From the NCBI GenBank assembly GCA_030059675.1, contig JANVYQ010000007.1:1-64000 (forward strand): a stretch of DNA of 64,000 bases, given 5' to 3'. The notes beneath the pieces are model-generated. The model did not search any database and was not told where the DNA came from. It saw only the letters and a list, made by a program, of their open reading frames with translations. Of the stretch, positions 9,440 through 19,252 are shown in pieces. Source of the DNA: Candidatus Pelearchaeum maunauluense. Its GTDB lineage: Archaea; Thermoproteota; Nitrososphaeria_A; Caldarchaeales; Caldarchaeaceae. The first letter of the stretch is position 1, and the number at the start of each line of letters is the position of its first letter. Position numbers and translations under genes: made by a program.

Positions 9440-10654
9440 TTGCATATACGGCTAGGCCTGATAGGCAAAACCAATACTGGGAAGACCACGTTCTTTAATG
9501 CAGCAACTCTACTCTCGGCCGAAGTCTCGACCTATCCCTTCACAACAAAACAGCCAAACTATGGTACTGCATACGCTATAACCCCCTGCGTCTGCCGCGA
9601 GCTGGGGGTTAATGATAATCCCAGAAACTCTAAATGCATAGAGGGATACCGCCACATACCGATAGAGCTGATAGACCTGCCAGGGCTTATTAAAGGAGCA
9701 TGGGCCGGAAAAGGGCTAGGTAATCAGTTTCTAACAGTAGCATCACAGGCAGACGCGTTGCTTCATGTAGTAGATGCATCTGGAAGCGTGGATGAGGAGG
9801 GAAGGCTTACTGAGCCTGGAAGCGGCAACCCGCTGGCTGACGTATACGACGTAGAGGAGGAGCTAGTCATGTGGCTTACCAAGCTCATAGAGAAGCAGGA
9901 CGATAAAATAATAAGAAACTTACGGAGTGGGAAAGATATAGTTCAAAGCCTAGCCGACATACTCCAGGGGGCACGTATAACAGAAGACCATGTTCTACGC
10001 GCTCTTAAGGTCTCTGGTCTAGAGAATAAGGACTTTGAGAACTGGACACCTATAGATGATAAGAAGTTTGCCGAAAACCTGTTGGATGTAGCTAAGCCGA
10101 CCATAATAGTTGCCAACAAAATGGACTTGGAGACGGCTCCTAAGAACTTCGAGATACTGAGGGACCAGCTTCCCAATAGGATAGTAATTCCAGCAAGCGC
10201 AGAGGCCGAGCTAACCCTCCGTAAAGCTGTTCAGAAAGGTCTCATAAAATACATTCCAGGAGAGGAGACATTCACGTTGCTCCAGCCTGACCAGCTCACC
10301 GAAAAGCAGAAGTGGGCGCTAGAGTTCATAGAGAGCAGAATCCTCGGCGAATACATGCAGACAGGGGTTCAATTAGCCATTAATGTAAGTATATTCAAGT
10401 TGCTGAGGATGAACGCAGTCTATCCGGTTTCAGACCCCGTTAAGTATATGGATAAATCAGGGAATGTCCTCCCTGATGTTTATTTGATGCCGCCTAACGC
10501 TACGGTTAGAGACCTAGCTAGGACGATACACTCCGACTTGGAGAAGGGGCTGCTCTATGCTATTGACGCTAGAACCGGGCTTAGGCTTCCTGGGGACTAT
10601 CAGCTAAAGGATAGGGATGTTCTTACCATTGCCTCTGCTACCCGCCGAGGCTAG
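9440..10654 (+). CDS. Translation-associated Obg-family GTPase (YchF/Ygr210-like) with TGS domain
   Basis: GKTNTGKT, YPFTT, DLPGL, ANKMD, C-terminal TGS. Confidence 0.9.
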   Translation: MHIRLGLIGKTNTGKTTFFNAATLLSAEVSTYPFTTKQPNYGTAYAITPCVCRELGVNDNPRNSKCIEGYRHIPIELIDLPGLIKGAWAGKGLGNQFLTVASQADALLHVVDASGSVDEEGRLTEPGSGNPLADVYDVEEELVMWLTKLIEKQDDKIIRNLRSGKDIVQSLADILQGARITEDHVLRALKVSGLENKDFENWTPIDDKKFAENLLDVAKPTIIVANKMDLETAPKNFEILRDQLPNRIVIPASAEAELTLRKAVQKGLIKYIPGEETFTLLQPDQLTEKQKWALEFIESRILGEYMQTGVQLAINVSIFKLLRMNAVYPVSDPVKYMDKSGNVLPDVYLMPPNATVRDLARTIHSDLEKGLLYAIDARTGLRLPGDYQLKDRDVLTIASATRRG

Positions 10655-11187
10655 GCTGGCTCTAAGTAGTATGAGAAGAAGCCCTCAGGTTCGCGCCGCT
10701 TAACCACAAGCTTGACTTTCATTCCTGGCTTAACCTCGTCAGGCTTGTCGGTGCTAAGCCAGCAGAGTACATTGAAGCCCTCACTCATACGCGCTATCGC
10801 CACGATATAGTCTGGGTAGTGAACGAAGCTAAGCGGCTTAACGTTTATCTTCGTGAACGTCAGTATCTCGCCTTCTCCCTTAACCTCCACCCATTCCAAG
10901 TTCTCATCCATACAAGCGGGACAATCCGCCTGAGGCGGGAAGTAGTATATTCCCTTCACAGGGCAGCGCGTAGCGTATATCTTCCCCTCGCAGAGACCGT
11001 CAAAGAACTTCTTAATCCTCTTCACAGGTATTAGATATTTAAGACGCATCTCGCGGACATCAACCCATAGGGGGTCGCCAGTCTTCTCTTCGGGAACTAT
11101 GGGCAGTCCCTCATTCTTCATGAGCTCCTCTACGTACTTGAGCCATTGATTTACCATCTGCTCTATCTGCTCGCGCGTCTGCGCCAT
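10651..11187 (-). CDS. DUF35 Zn-ribbon/OB-fold protein (thiolase partner)
   Basis: RCPVKG..FPPQADCPAC, GEILTFT OB-fold; directly after thiolase. Confidence 0.88.
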   Translation of the reverse strand: MAQTREQIEQMVNQWLKYVEELMKNEGLPIVPEEKTGDPLWVDVREMRLKYLIPVKRIKKFFDGLCEGKIYATRCPVKGIYYFPPQADCPACMDENLEWVEVKGEGEILTFTKINVKPLSFVHYPDYIVAIARMSEGFNVLCWLSTDKPDEVKPGMKVKLVVKRREPEGFFSYYLEPA

Positions 11188-11194
11188 CTTCCTT

Positions 11195-12385
11195 CTACCC
11201 TGTAGGAGGTTTGTCTAGTGTGTATATTGTGATGTATGCGTAGTGGCCTGTTCCGCCTATGTTGTGAGCTATAGCCCAGCCCCGCTTTATGTCAGCCTGC
11301 CTCTCAGGCGGGTTCTGCTGCCTTAACTGCTTCGTAAGCTCCGCAGCCATGCTAACGCCGGTAGCCCCTATTGGATGGCCTTTAGCCTTGAGACCACCAT
11401 CCAAGTTTACTGGGATTCTACCACCCTTGTATGTCTCGCCTTCACGTGCAAGAGCGTACCCCTGGCCCCGCTCAACAAACCCAAGGTCTTCATACGCCAA
11501 TATCTCGGCTATTGTGAAGCAGTCATGAACCTCAGCCACATCAAAGTATTTGTATGCTTTATCACGCTCTACTCCTGCCCGCTTGTATGCTTCTTCAGCA
11601 GCTTTCACAGCAGAATCTAGACTCAGGAAATTACTGCGCTTGCTTAGGTTTGATGTCCCCGTAGCTACTGCCTGCGTTCTAATCCACACAGGCGTGTCGG
11701 TTAGCTTCCTAGCTATCTTCTCAGAGGCTATGACAACAGCCGCGGCTCCATCAGTCTGAGGACTACAGTCAAATAGCTTAAGCGGCCAAGCAACATAACG
11801 GGACTTCATAACGTCATCTATTGTTATGCGTTTGTGAAAGTGAGCATGCGGGTTAAGGTCGGCGTAGTAGTGGTTCTTCACAGCTATCGCGGCCAGGTCC
11901 TCCTCCTTAGCGCCGTATCTATGGAGATATGCGGTTGCGTACATCGCGTAGTATCCTGGAAATGTTAAGCCAAACTGCTCAAACTCCCAGAAGAAGTTTC
12001 CAGCCCTGCCTATCATCTCCACCACTTGAAGGTTTGTTGATTCGCTCATCTTCTCTACGCCTACTGCTAGCGCTATGTCTGCCTGCCCAGATGCTACCGT
12101 CTGATACGCAGCTCTGACTGCCGCGCTACCAGATGCACATGCTGCCTCCACCCTTATGCTCCCTGCTGGGCATAGGTCTGAATACTCGCTTATCACCACC
12201 GCTGGTAGGGGGTCTGAGCTCCACCTACCCGTGTTGCCCACTGCTACGAACTGAACATCCCTCTGCGTTATACCAGCGTCCTGTAAGGCCTCTTTTATGG
12301 CCTCCCAAGCAAGCTCCTGGAGCTGCTTATCCGTTGCTCTGCCAAATTTTGTATGACCAACACCAACTATTGCGGCGTTTACCAA
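11195..12385 (-). CDS. Thiolase (acetyl-CoA C-acetyltransferase, SCP-x-like archaeal type)
   Basis: EAACASG, KNH, DGAAA, EVHDCF, GHPIGATG. Confidence 0.93.
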   Translation of the reverse strand: MVNAAIVGVGHTKFGRATDKQLQELAWEAIKEALQDAGITQRDVQFVAVGNTGRWSSDPLPAVVISEYSDLCPAGSIRVEAACASGSAAVRAAYQTVASGQADIALAVGVEKMSESTNLQVVEMIGRAGNFFWEFEQFGLTFPGYYAMYATAYLHRYGAKEEDLAAIAVKNHYYADLNPHAHFHKRITIDDVMKSRYVAWPLKLFDCSPQTDGAAAVVIASEKIARKLTDTPVWIRTQAVATGTSNLSKRSNFLSLDSAVKAAEEAYKRAGVERDKAYKYFDVAEVHDCFTIAEILAYEDLGFVERGQGYALAREGETYKGGRIPVNLDGGLKAKGHPIGATGVSMAAELTKQLRQQNPPERQADIKRGWAIAHNIGGTGHYAYITIYTLDKPPTG

Positions 12386-12449
12386 AGGGTTAGCACCTGC
12401 TGCCCCATCTGTAAAGTAGCTTATTTAGGTTTAATAGAACTTCTCGTAT

Positions 12450-13127
12450 GTGGTTGTTCTAGGGATGAGGGCGCAGCTTAGGCCAGCAGTTGTCGTATTC
12501 GACTTAGACGGCACACTAATAGTTTTCAAGCTTAATGTCCGAGCGGCCAAGCAGAGGATAATACAACGGCTGGAAGAGCTCGGTCTCAATACTCGAGGCA
12601 TAACAGCCGACGATAGTGTGCAGAGCATAATAACTAAAGCGCTGGGGAATAATAGTGATGTAGAGCGCGAGTTTGTTAGGAACGAGGTTCTTGATGTGAT
12701 GAAAAAGTTTGAGATTAATGCTTCCGCGGTTGCAGAACCGCGTGAGGGGGCGGCGTATGTTCTTCAGGAGCTTAAGAAAAGAGGATACCGAGTAGCAGTT
12801 GCTACGAACACGCACCGTGAAGCAGCTTTGCGCGCACTTGAGAGAAGAGGCCTACTCAGCAGTATAGACTTCCTAGCTACCCGCGACGATGTGGAGAACC
12901 TCAAGCCACGCGGCGATATTTTGCGCCACCTATTAGAGAGGCTAAACATCAAGCCATATGACGCGCTCTACATAGGAGATAGTATCCACGATATGCAGGC
13001 CGCGGCCGAGGCTGGGGTTCCGTTCATAGGCATAGAAGGCGGCATACATCCTGGTAAAGAGCTTCAACGAGGCTCCATACTCCCAGTATTAAGAGAGCTA
13101 CACGATCTGCTGGACTATCTGGCATAG
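12450..13127 (+). CDS. HAD-family hydrolase (phosphoglycolate phosphatase-like)
   Basis: FDLDGTL, ATN, KP, YIGDS..D. Confidence 0.9.
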   Translation: MVVLGMRAQLRPAVVVFDLDGTLIVFKLNVRAAKQRIIQRLEELGLNTRGITADDSVQSIITKALGNNSDVEREFVRNEVLDVMKKFEINASAVAEPREGAAYVLQELKKRGYRVAVATNTHREAALRALERRGLLSSIDFLATRDDVENLKPRGDILRHLLERLNIKPYDALYIGDSIHDMQAAAEAGVPFIGIEGGIHPGKELQRGSILPVLRELHDLLDYLA

Positions 13128-13189
13128 CTCCTGCTGCTTCTTCAAACTTTTAACACGGTTTCCAACACTATCTCTAAAGGGAGTAAGCG

Positions 13190-14995
13190 TTGAAGATAGT
13201 ACCTGATACTAGTGTGATAATTAATGGTAAGATTACAGAGCTGTTAGAGAGGGGTGAGGTCAGGGATGCTGAGATAGTCATCCCTATAGCGGTTGTTGAT
13301 GAGTTGCAGGCTCAGGCTTCAAAGAAGCGTGAGACTGGGTTTATCGGGCTTAACGAGCTTAAGAAGCTGCGTGAGCTTGCTCTTAAGAAGAATGTTGAGC
13401 TGCGGTTTTCTGGAGAGCGTCCTGGCCTAGAGGATATAAAGCTCGCGCGGAGCGGTAGGATAGACGCGCTTATACGCGATGTGGCCAAGAGCGAGAAAGG
13501 AACATTATACACCTCGGATTATGTCCAGGCATTGGTTGCGGAAGTTGAAGGGATAGAGGTTCGCTACTTCCCTCCAGACGAGCTCCCAGCATCTCTATCA
13601 TTTGAAAACCTCTTCACACCTGATACGTTGAGCCTGCATTTCAAGGAGGGAGCCCCGCCCTACGCTAAGAGGGGCAGGCCTGGGAAGTTTGAGCTGGTTA
13701 AGCTGAGGGAAGAGCCTCTATCGGCAGAAGAGCTGAACAACATAATCAAGGAAATCACCGAGAGGGCGCGAGTAGCCAGCGAAGGGGGTGTGGAGATAAT
13801 GAGGAGCGGCGCATTGGTTGCGCAGCTCGGCTCATACCGCATAGCTATAGCAAGGCCACCATTCTCGGATGGACTTGAAGTTACAGTAGTCAGGCCTATA
13901 GTAAAGCTACGTCTAGAAGACTATAAACTATCAACCAAGCTTATGAAGCGGCTCAAGGAACGCGCAGAAGGAATACTAATATCAGGTCCTCCTGGGAGCG
14001 GAAAATCAACATTCGCCGCGAGCTTGGCTGAGTTCTACAGCCGTCAGGGGAAGATAGTCAAGACGCTTGAGTCCCCCCGCGACTTGCAGGTTCCTCCCGA
14101 GATAACACAGTACGCTCCTCTTGAGGGCGATTTTGAGAAGACCGCCGAGATACTCCTCCTAGTGAGGCCTGACTACTCAGTGTATGATGAGATTCGGAAG
14201 CATAGGGATTTCCAGATATTCGCTGACATGCGCCTAGCTGGCGTGGGCATGATTGGCGTAGTCCACGCCAGCGACCCTGTTGACGCTATACAGCGCTTCA
14301 TCGGCAGAATAGAGCTGGGTATGATACCCCACATAATCGACACGGTAATCTTCCTACGCGACGGTGAGGTGAAGAAGGTCTACGAGCTCAGCCTAGTGGT
14401 GCGGGTTCCTACTGGAATGGTTGAAGCAGACTTGGCTAGGCCTATAGTTGAGGTGAGAGACTTCGAGACAGGAGAGCTTGAATACGAAATATACACCTAT
14501 GGTGAGGAGAATGTCATAATACCTGTAGCTGATATTAGGAGCGAGACGGAGCGCAAAGCCAGCGAGATACGTGAGAAGGTTAGAAAGGCTTTGATGAAGT
14601 ATGATAGAGATGCGGAGATTGAGGTACTGTCTCCGAGTAAGGTGGTTGTGAGGGTTGATAGGGACGTTATACCGCGACTCATCGGCAGGAGGGGCGAGAC
14701 TATAAGCAAACTCCAGAAAGAGCTCAGCGTCTCGATAGATGTAAACCCGAAGGTCCCAAGCCTTGGTCGGGAGGTTGAGTTTGAGATACATGAGACGGGG
14801 AACAATATTGCTCTCGTTCTTGAAGATGTGGAGACTGGTGAGCGAGTCAACGTGTATGTGGATGGTGAGTATCTCTTCTCCGCCACGGTGGGTAAGAAGG
14901 AGGTAATCAAGATTACCAAGAAGTCGGAGCATGGCCGCAGGTTAATAAACGCCCTATACGCTGGTAGGGATGTAAGAGTTTATGTAAGTGATTGA
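13190..14995 (+). CDS. PIN-domain ATPase with KH domain (PINA, Holliday junction branch-migration ATPase)
   Basis: N-terminal PIN 'VPDTSVII', Walker A GPPGSGKST, DEIR, KH 'RLIGRRGETI'. Confidence 0.92.
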   Translation: MKIVPDTSVIINGKITELLERGEVRDAEIVIPIAVVDELQAQASKKRETGFIGLNELKKLRELALKKNVELRFSGERPGLEDIKLARSGRIDALIRDVAKSEKGTLYTSDYVQALVAEVEGIEVRYFPPDELPASLSFENLFTPDTLSLHFKEGAPPYAKRGRPGKFELVKLREEPLSAEELNNIIKEITERARVASEGGVEIMRSGALVAQLGSYRIAIARPPFSDGLEVTVVRPIVKLRLEDYKLSTKLMKRLKERAEGILISGPPGSGKSTFAASLAEFYSRQGKIVKTLESPRDLQVPPEITQYAPLEGDFEKTAEILLLVRPDYSVYDEIRKHRDFQIFADMRLAGVGMIGVVHASDPVDAIQRFIGRIELGMIPHIIDTVIFLRDGEVKKVYELSLVVRVPTGMVEADLARPIVEVRDFETGELEYEIYTYGEENVIIPVADIRSETERKASEIREKVRKALMKYDRDAEIEVLSPSKVVVRVDRDVIPRLIGRRGETISKLQKELSVSIDVNPKVPSLGREVEFEIHETGNNIALVLEDVETGERVNVYVDGEYLFSATVGKKEVIKITKKSEHGRRLINALYAGRDVRVYVSD

Positions 14996-14998
14996 GAG

Positions 14999-15328
14999 AT
15001 GGTGAGGCTTAGCTTAACACCAAAAGCCAAGAGGTTGATGGAGGAGCTAAAGAAAGACAATCCAGAGATTTACGTTATATTAGGGGATACTGGCTGCTGT
15101 GGATTTAGCAACGTCTTCGTAACCAGCATTAATCCAGGACCTTACTACGAGTATCTTGGTGAAGACACTGGTGCTAGGGTCTATGTTCATCCAGCGTTCA
15201 GGCGTAGTATAGACCCTGAAGATATTGGGATTGACGCGATAGAGGTTGAGGCTGATGATAGCTTCTCCATAGAAACTACACTGGGGTATAGATTCATATT
15301 GAGACCCAAAGTGGATGTGAAGCTCTAG
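14999..15328 (+). CDS. DUF779/HesB-like small protein
   Basis: TGCC motif and C-terminal FSIE..GYRF. Confidence 0.6.
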   Translation: MVRLSLTPKAKRLMEELKKDNPEIYVILGDTGCCGFSNVFVTSINPGPYYEYLGEDTGARVYVHPAFRRSIDPEDIGIDAIEVEADDSFSIETTLGYRFILRPKVDVKL

Positions 15329-15582
15329 CCGCGCTCCCGTTGCCGCATTTTACACACAGGACATACCTCTGCCTCTTCTGGGATTTCATTTATACAAAAC
15401 CAGCAAAACTTATGGCCTGGTTTTGATGGCTCAGGTTGCTCTGCTGGCTTAGAGAAGAGACTTATAATTATCATTATCAAGCCAGCTCCGAAGAAAGCAA
15501 AACCGAAGGGAAGACGCACTAAATCTAGAAAGAGACCGAATAGGAGGACTATGACGCCCATGAACATCATAGACGGCCACAT
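15325..15582 (-). CDS. Small membrane protein with C-terminal zinc ribbon
   Basis: Two TMs then CWFC...CPVC. Confidence 0.7.
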   Translation of the reverse strand: MWPSMMFMGVIVLLFGLFLDLVRLPFGFAFFGAGLIMIIISLFSKPAEQPEPSKPGHKFCWFCINEIPEEAEVCPVCKMRQRERG

Positions 15583-15599
15583 AACAGATGACCCCGAAG

Positions 15600-15851
15600 C
15601 TATGCTCTTAGCTTCTTCTCCAAGCCCGCGCAGTGGACCACCCCCTTGACGCGTCTTATAAATGAGACGCAGGCGAAGCAGTCTAGGAAAGGCACATCGG
15701 CATTAACTACTGGGCAGGTAACGTATTCCTTCTTCATTCTGGAGAGCATTTTACTACTTACAGCGCCTTTTAGAACCGCCGCCGCCGCTTCAGGGTTTGC
15801 TTTCATAGCTTTGGAGGCCTGCTTTATCTCCACATGATATTTGGTCTCCAT
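15600..15851 (-). CDS. Conserved small Cys-rich hypothetical protein
   Basis: CP-x8-DCFAC-x11-HC spacing; packed between neighbours with 5-17 bp gaps. Confidence 0.7.
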   Translation of the reverse strand: METKYHVEIKQASKAMKANPEAAAAVLKGAVSSKMLSRMKKEYVTCPVVNADVPFLDCFACVSFIRRVKGVVHCAGLEKKLRA

Positions 15852-15856
15852 TATCG

Positions 15857-18235
15857 TTAGGCTGTGTAAAATGTGGATTTAAGTCTTAGCGCATGACGGC
15901 GCTGAGCCAGATACACGCGCAGAAACACCGCAGAAATTACCGAGGCACCAACAACAAGCAACAAGACCGTTAGATTCGTATAATCATCCAGTATTATCAC
16001 AGCGTAGTCCTCGGGGCCTGTAACTATGATTTTACTTCCTTGGATTAGTTTTCCTTGACTGTCGATTACTGCGCCTATAGTCTTTCTAACAAACAACCCC
16101 CCTGGTTCAACGGTTTCGACTATTATTTTGTTGAGGTCTATTACATCACCTTCCCTAACCCATGTTTCATCCAAGAGAGAGCCGCCATACTCGTAGATTC
16201 TTATCATATATTCGGCTTGGAGTTTGAATGCTACTCTCCCGTCTTCATTTATTATGTTTCTGGGTGGTTCTGGAGCTACGCGAATGCGCGGCGAATTCAC
16301 CAGCGGCTTTACTTCTAGGCTTCGCTCACCTCTACCAAATATGAAGAGGCGAGCATCCTCTCCAGGCCGTATAACGCCTATCTTCTCACCATCTAGGATT
16401 AGGCTTACGTTGAGATTCCTCTGACCTCCCACCAGCGCTATATCCACCAAGTATCCTATCTTGGCGCTCAGCTTGCCCCAGCCCCATGTATTGGAGCCTC
16501 GCTGCTTGTCTATCTCCCCCGTGAACTCATCTTGTCTGGCGGCGTCTATTATTATTCTCCTCACTTCAGAAGCAATTAGGGTTGGTGAGAGCTGGAGAAT
16601 CATGGCAGCCACGCCCGCCACGTGGGGTGCTGCCATGCTTGTGCCCTGGCTGACCGTGTGAAACTCATCAGGGTCTATCGCTTCTTTCTCTATGTTTAGC
16701 GGTTTTGCCGCGATTATTACCGAGCCTGGCGCCGCTATGTCTGGTTTTGTTCTGCCGTCGCGTGTGGGGCCGCGGCCACTGAAACTAGCTATTGAGCCGA
16801 CCTCACTACCTATACTTATCTCCTCGCCGCTGGCGTCTAGCCAGGCGTTGCGGGTAACATATGCGCCGACAGCTATAACGTAGCGTGCAGTAGCAGGTAT
16901 GGAGACAGTATATTCCTCAGATAAAACATACCCACTACCGTCTAAGAAGCTTTCATAAACGAAATTGCATGTATCGCTCTCAATCCACGCGTGCCATACG
17001 CCATTTCCAATCTTTAGGCCGTTTATTGAGAGCTTCCAAAGGGTTTGGGACAAGAAGAAACGCTCATCCAGTTTAACACTTATCAGCCATTCATAGCTGT
17101 CGGCATACTCGTTTCTCACAGCCTCAATAATCCCGACTCCAGTCTCTAGCTTGGTTCCATTCTCTAGGCTTATCTCAACACCATCCGCGGTGGTCAAGGC
17201 TAGTCCTACCTCATCTTGATTGCTGAACCATATTGAGAGGGCGTATTCGCGTGTTAGTTCTGGGATTACCCACTCAAGCATAGCTTCTGGAGCGGCCTTA
17301 AGGTCTCCCATAGCGTGCCTGTCATCCTGGGCGGAGTTTCCAGCCGCAGCCACTATGATGGCGCCCTGCATGGCGAGGGCATCAAGCGCTCTCTCCAGAA
17401 TACTACTCCCATCATGACCCCCAATATCTGTCCCAAGACTCAGGTTTATGACTACACGCTTACCGAGTTGCTGGGCTTTTTGAAAGATATAGTATATCCC
17501 ATCAAGTATCTCTTTCTCGTCAAAGAACCAGCTCGCGCCCTCGCATGCTGGTCCGCCGCTCTTTACGAAGATTATCTCAGCCCCTGGTGCGACTCCCTTA
17601 TAGCCGCCTGGCGCTAACCCGCTACTAGCCGCTATAGCGGCGACCATCGTTCCATGCCCGTGTAAGTCCCGCTGGGGGCATGTGGCGTCAATAATCTCCT
17701 CCGTGACGCATTCGTAGCCGTAATCAAACCCCTCAGGCGGCTTTCCCTCAAGGGTCTGGTCCCATATGTATAGAACCTTCGGCCTCCTGTCGGGGAATTG
17801 TAGGTCTGGATGCGTGTAGTCTATCCCAGTGTCGACTATTCCTATTATGACGCCTGAGCCGTCTACCCCATCCACATTAAGGGTTTTCAGCTCATTCATC
17901 CATGATGAGCCTATATCCTCCGTACTAGCCTTTAGGAAGGCTCTTATACGCTTTGAAGGTTTAACCTCATCAACGTATGGGAGGGACTTGAGCCTCTCAA
18001 ACACTCCTTCACGTGTGTCTAGTGTTACTATATCGCCTAAAACTCCCCCAACATCGCCGAACACCTCCAATTCATTAAGTATCTTTTCATCGGGGGTTGT
18101 GTTGAGCGAGATTATGAGACGGCGAGTGTCGTATTGCTCATAGTCTGCGCCTAGTATTGGGGTGGTAGTGTAAGAGGATGAGTATGCGAGGAGGATTGTG
18201 AGGATTATCGCATATGAGAGTAGTCTTATATGCAT
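15857..18235 (-). CDS. Membrane-anchored subtilisin-like S8 serine protease with internal insertion domain
   Basis: Signal peptide, IVDTGID, HGTMVA, AAAGN, GTSMAAPHVAG, C-terminal TM. Confidence 0.93.
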   Translation of the reverse strand: MHIRLLSYAIILTILLAYSSSYTTTPILGADYEQYDTRRLIISLNTTPDEKILNELEVFGDVGGVLGDIVTLDTREGVFERLKSLPYVDEVKPSKRIRAFLKASTEDIGSSWMNELKTLNVDGVDGSGVIIGIVDTGIDYTHPDLQFPDRRPKVLYIWDQTLEGKPPEGFDYGYECVTEEIIDATCPQRDLHGHGTMVAAIAASSGLAPGGYKGVAPGAEIIFVKSGGPACEGASWFFDEKEILDGIYYIFQKAQQLGKRVVINLSLGTDIGGHDGSSILERALDALAMQGAIIVAAAGNSAQDDRHAMGDLKAAPEAMLEWVIPELTREYALSIWFSNQDEVGLALTTADGVEISLENGTKLETGVGIIEAVRNEYADSYEWLISVKLDERFFLSQTLWKLSINGLKIGNGVWHAWIESDTCNFVYESFLDGSGYVLSEEYTVSIPATARYVIAVGAYVTRNAWLDASGEEISIGSEVGSIASFSGRGPTRDGRTKPDIAAPGSVIIAAKPLNIEKEAIDPDEFHTVSQGTSMAAPHVAGVAAMILQLSPTLIASEVRRIIIDAARQDEFTGEIDKQRGSNTWGWGKLSAKIGYLVDIALVGGQRNLNVSLILDGEKIGVIRPGEDARLFIFGRGERSLEVKPLVNSPRIRVAPEPPRNIINEDGRVAFKLQAEYMIRIYEYGGSLLDETWVREGDVIDLNKIIVETVEPGGLFVRKTIGAVIDSQGKLIQGSKIIVTGPEDYAVIILDDYTNLTVLLLVVGASVISAVFLRVYLAQRRHALRLKSTFYTA

Positions 18236-18298
18236 GGACGTTCTATCCGCCTAGTTTTCTCGCTTAAATATCTGAGCCGAATTTTATTCTAGGCAGGT

Positions 18299-19252
18299 AT
18301 GAGGGCGCTTTCTGACGCTGATGTGGAGAAGTTAGTCCCCATACGTGAGGTTGTAGAAGCTGTGGAGGAGGCGTTTAAGAGCTTCAGCCTAGGCTTAGCA
18401 GTAATGCCGCTAAGAACGCGCATAGAGGCTACAGCACACAAAGGCGACATTCTTCTCATGCCATGCTACCTCCAAGAAATGAATATCTTTAGCGTCAAGC
18501 TGGTTACTGTCTACCCTGAAAACACCAGTCGCGGCCTCCCGACGATACATGCTGTGGTTCTAGTTGCAGACCCTTCAACTGGTGAGCCTAGGGTGGTTGC
18601 TGAGGCTAGGGCGCTTACGGGCATGCGCACAGGCGCTGCTACGGCGGTCTCGGTTAAACACTTGGCGCGTAGGGATAGTAGGGTGGTTGGGATTATAGGC
18701 TGCGGATATCAGGCGAGGTGGCAGCTCCTCGCTCTAGCCACGGTCATGAGGCCAGACAATATACTTGCCTATGACATAGATAAGGACAGGGCGCGGAGCT
18801 TCGTAAGCCGTATGAAGGATGAGCTGAAGTGCGACATCTCGCTGGCTGGCTCTGCCGAATCACTAGCCAGGGAGAGCGATGTGATAATTACGGTAACTAC
18901 CTCCAAGACGCCTGTTGTTAAGGCCGAGTGGGTTAGGCCTGGAACGCATATCTCAGCCATAGGCGCTTATACCCCAGAGATGAGCGAGCTTGAGCCAACG
19001 CTCATAAAACGTTCCAAGGTTGTGGTTGATTCGCTTGACGCTGCTAAGGCCGAGGCTGGGGATATAATCCAAGCAGTGGATAAGGGGTTCTTCAGGTGGG
19101 AGGATATACACGCAGAGATAGGTGAGATAATAGCTGGGCGAAAGCCTGGCCGCGAACGGGATGATGAGATAACCGTCTTCAAAAGCGTCGGGCTAGCTGT
19201 ACAGGATGCAGCAGCCTCAAAGGTTCTATTAAATCATTTCAACACGAGATAA
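18299..19252 (+). CDS. Ornithine cyclodeaminase/mu-crystallin family (archaeal alanine dehydrogenase-like)
   Basis: MP, K.V.VYP.N, LTGMRTGAA, GCGYQA, FKSVGLAVQD. Confidence 0.9.
   Translation: MRALSDADVEKLVPIREVVEAVEEAFKSFSLGLAVMPLRTRIEATAHKGDILLMPCYLQEMNIFSVKLVTVYPENTSRGLPTIHAVVLVADPSTGEPRVVAEARALTGMRTGAATAVSVKHLARRDSRVVGIIGCGYQARWQLLALATVMRPDNILAYDIDKDRARSFVSRMKDELKCDISLAGSAESLARESDVIITVTTSKTPVVKAEWVRPGTHISAIGAYTPEMSELEPTLIKRSKVVVDSLDAAKAEAGDIIQAVDKGFFRWEDIHAEIGEIIAGRKPGRERDDEITVFKSVGLAVQDAAASKVLLNHFNTR

Noticed and set aside
10651-12385. Thiolase/DUF35 pair as novel or as the mevalonate thiolase-HMGS complex
   Set aside because: The pairing is common in archaea, and no HMG-CoA synthase is adjacent, so the pathway cannot be assigned.
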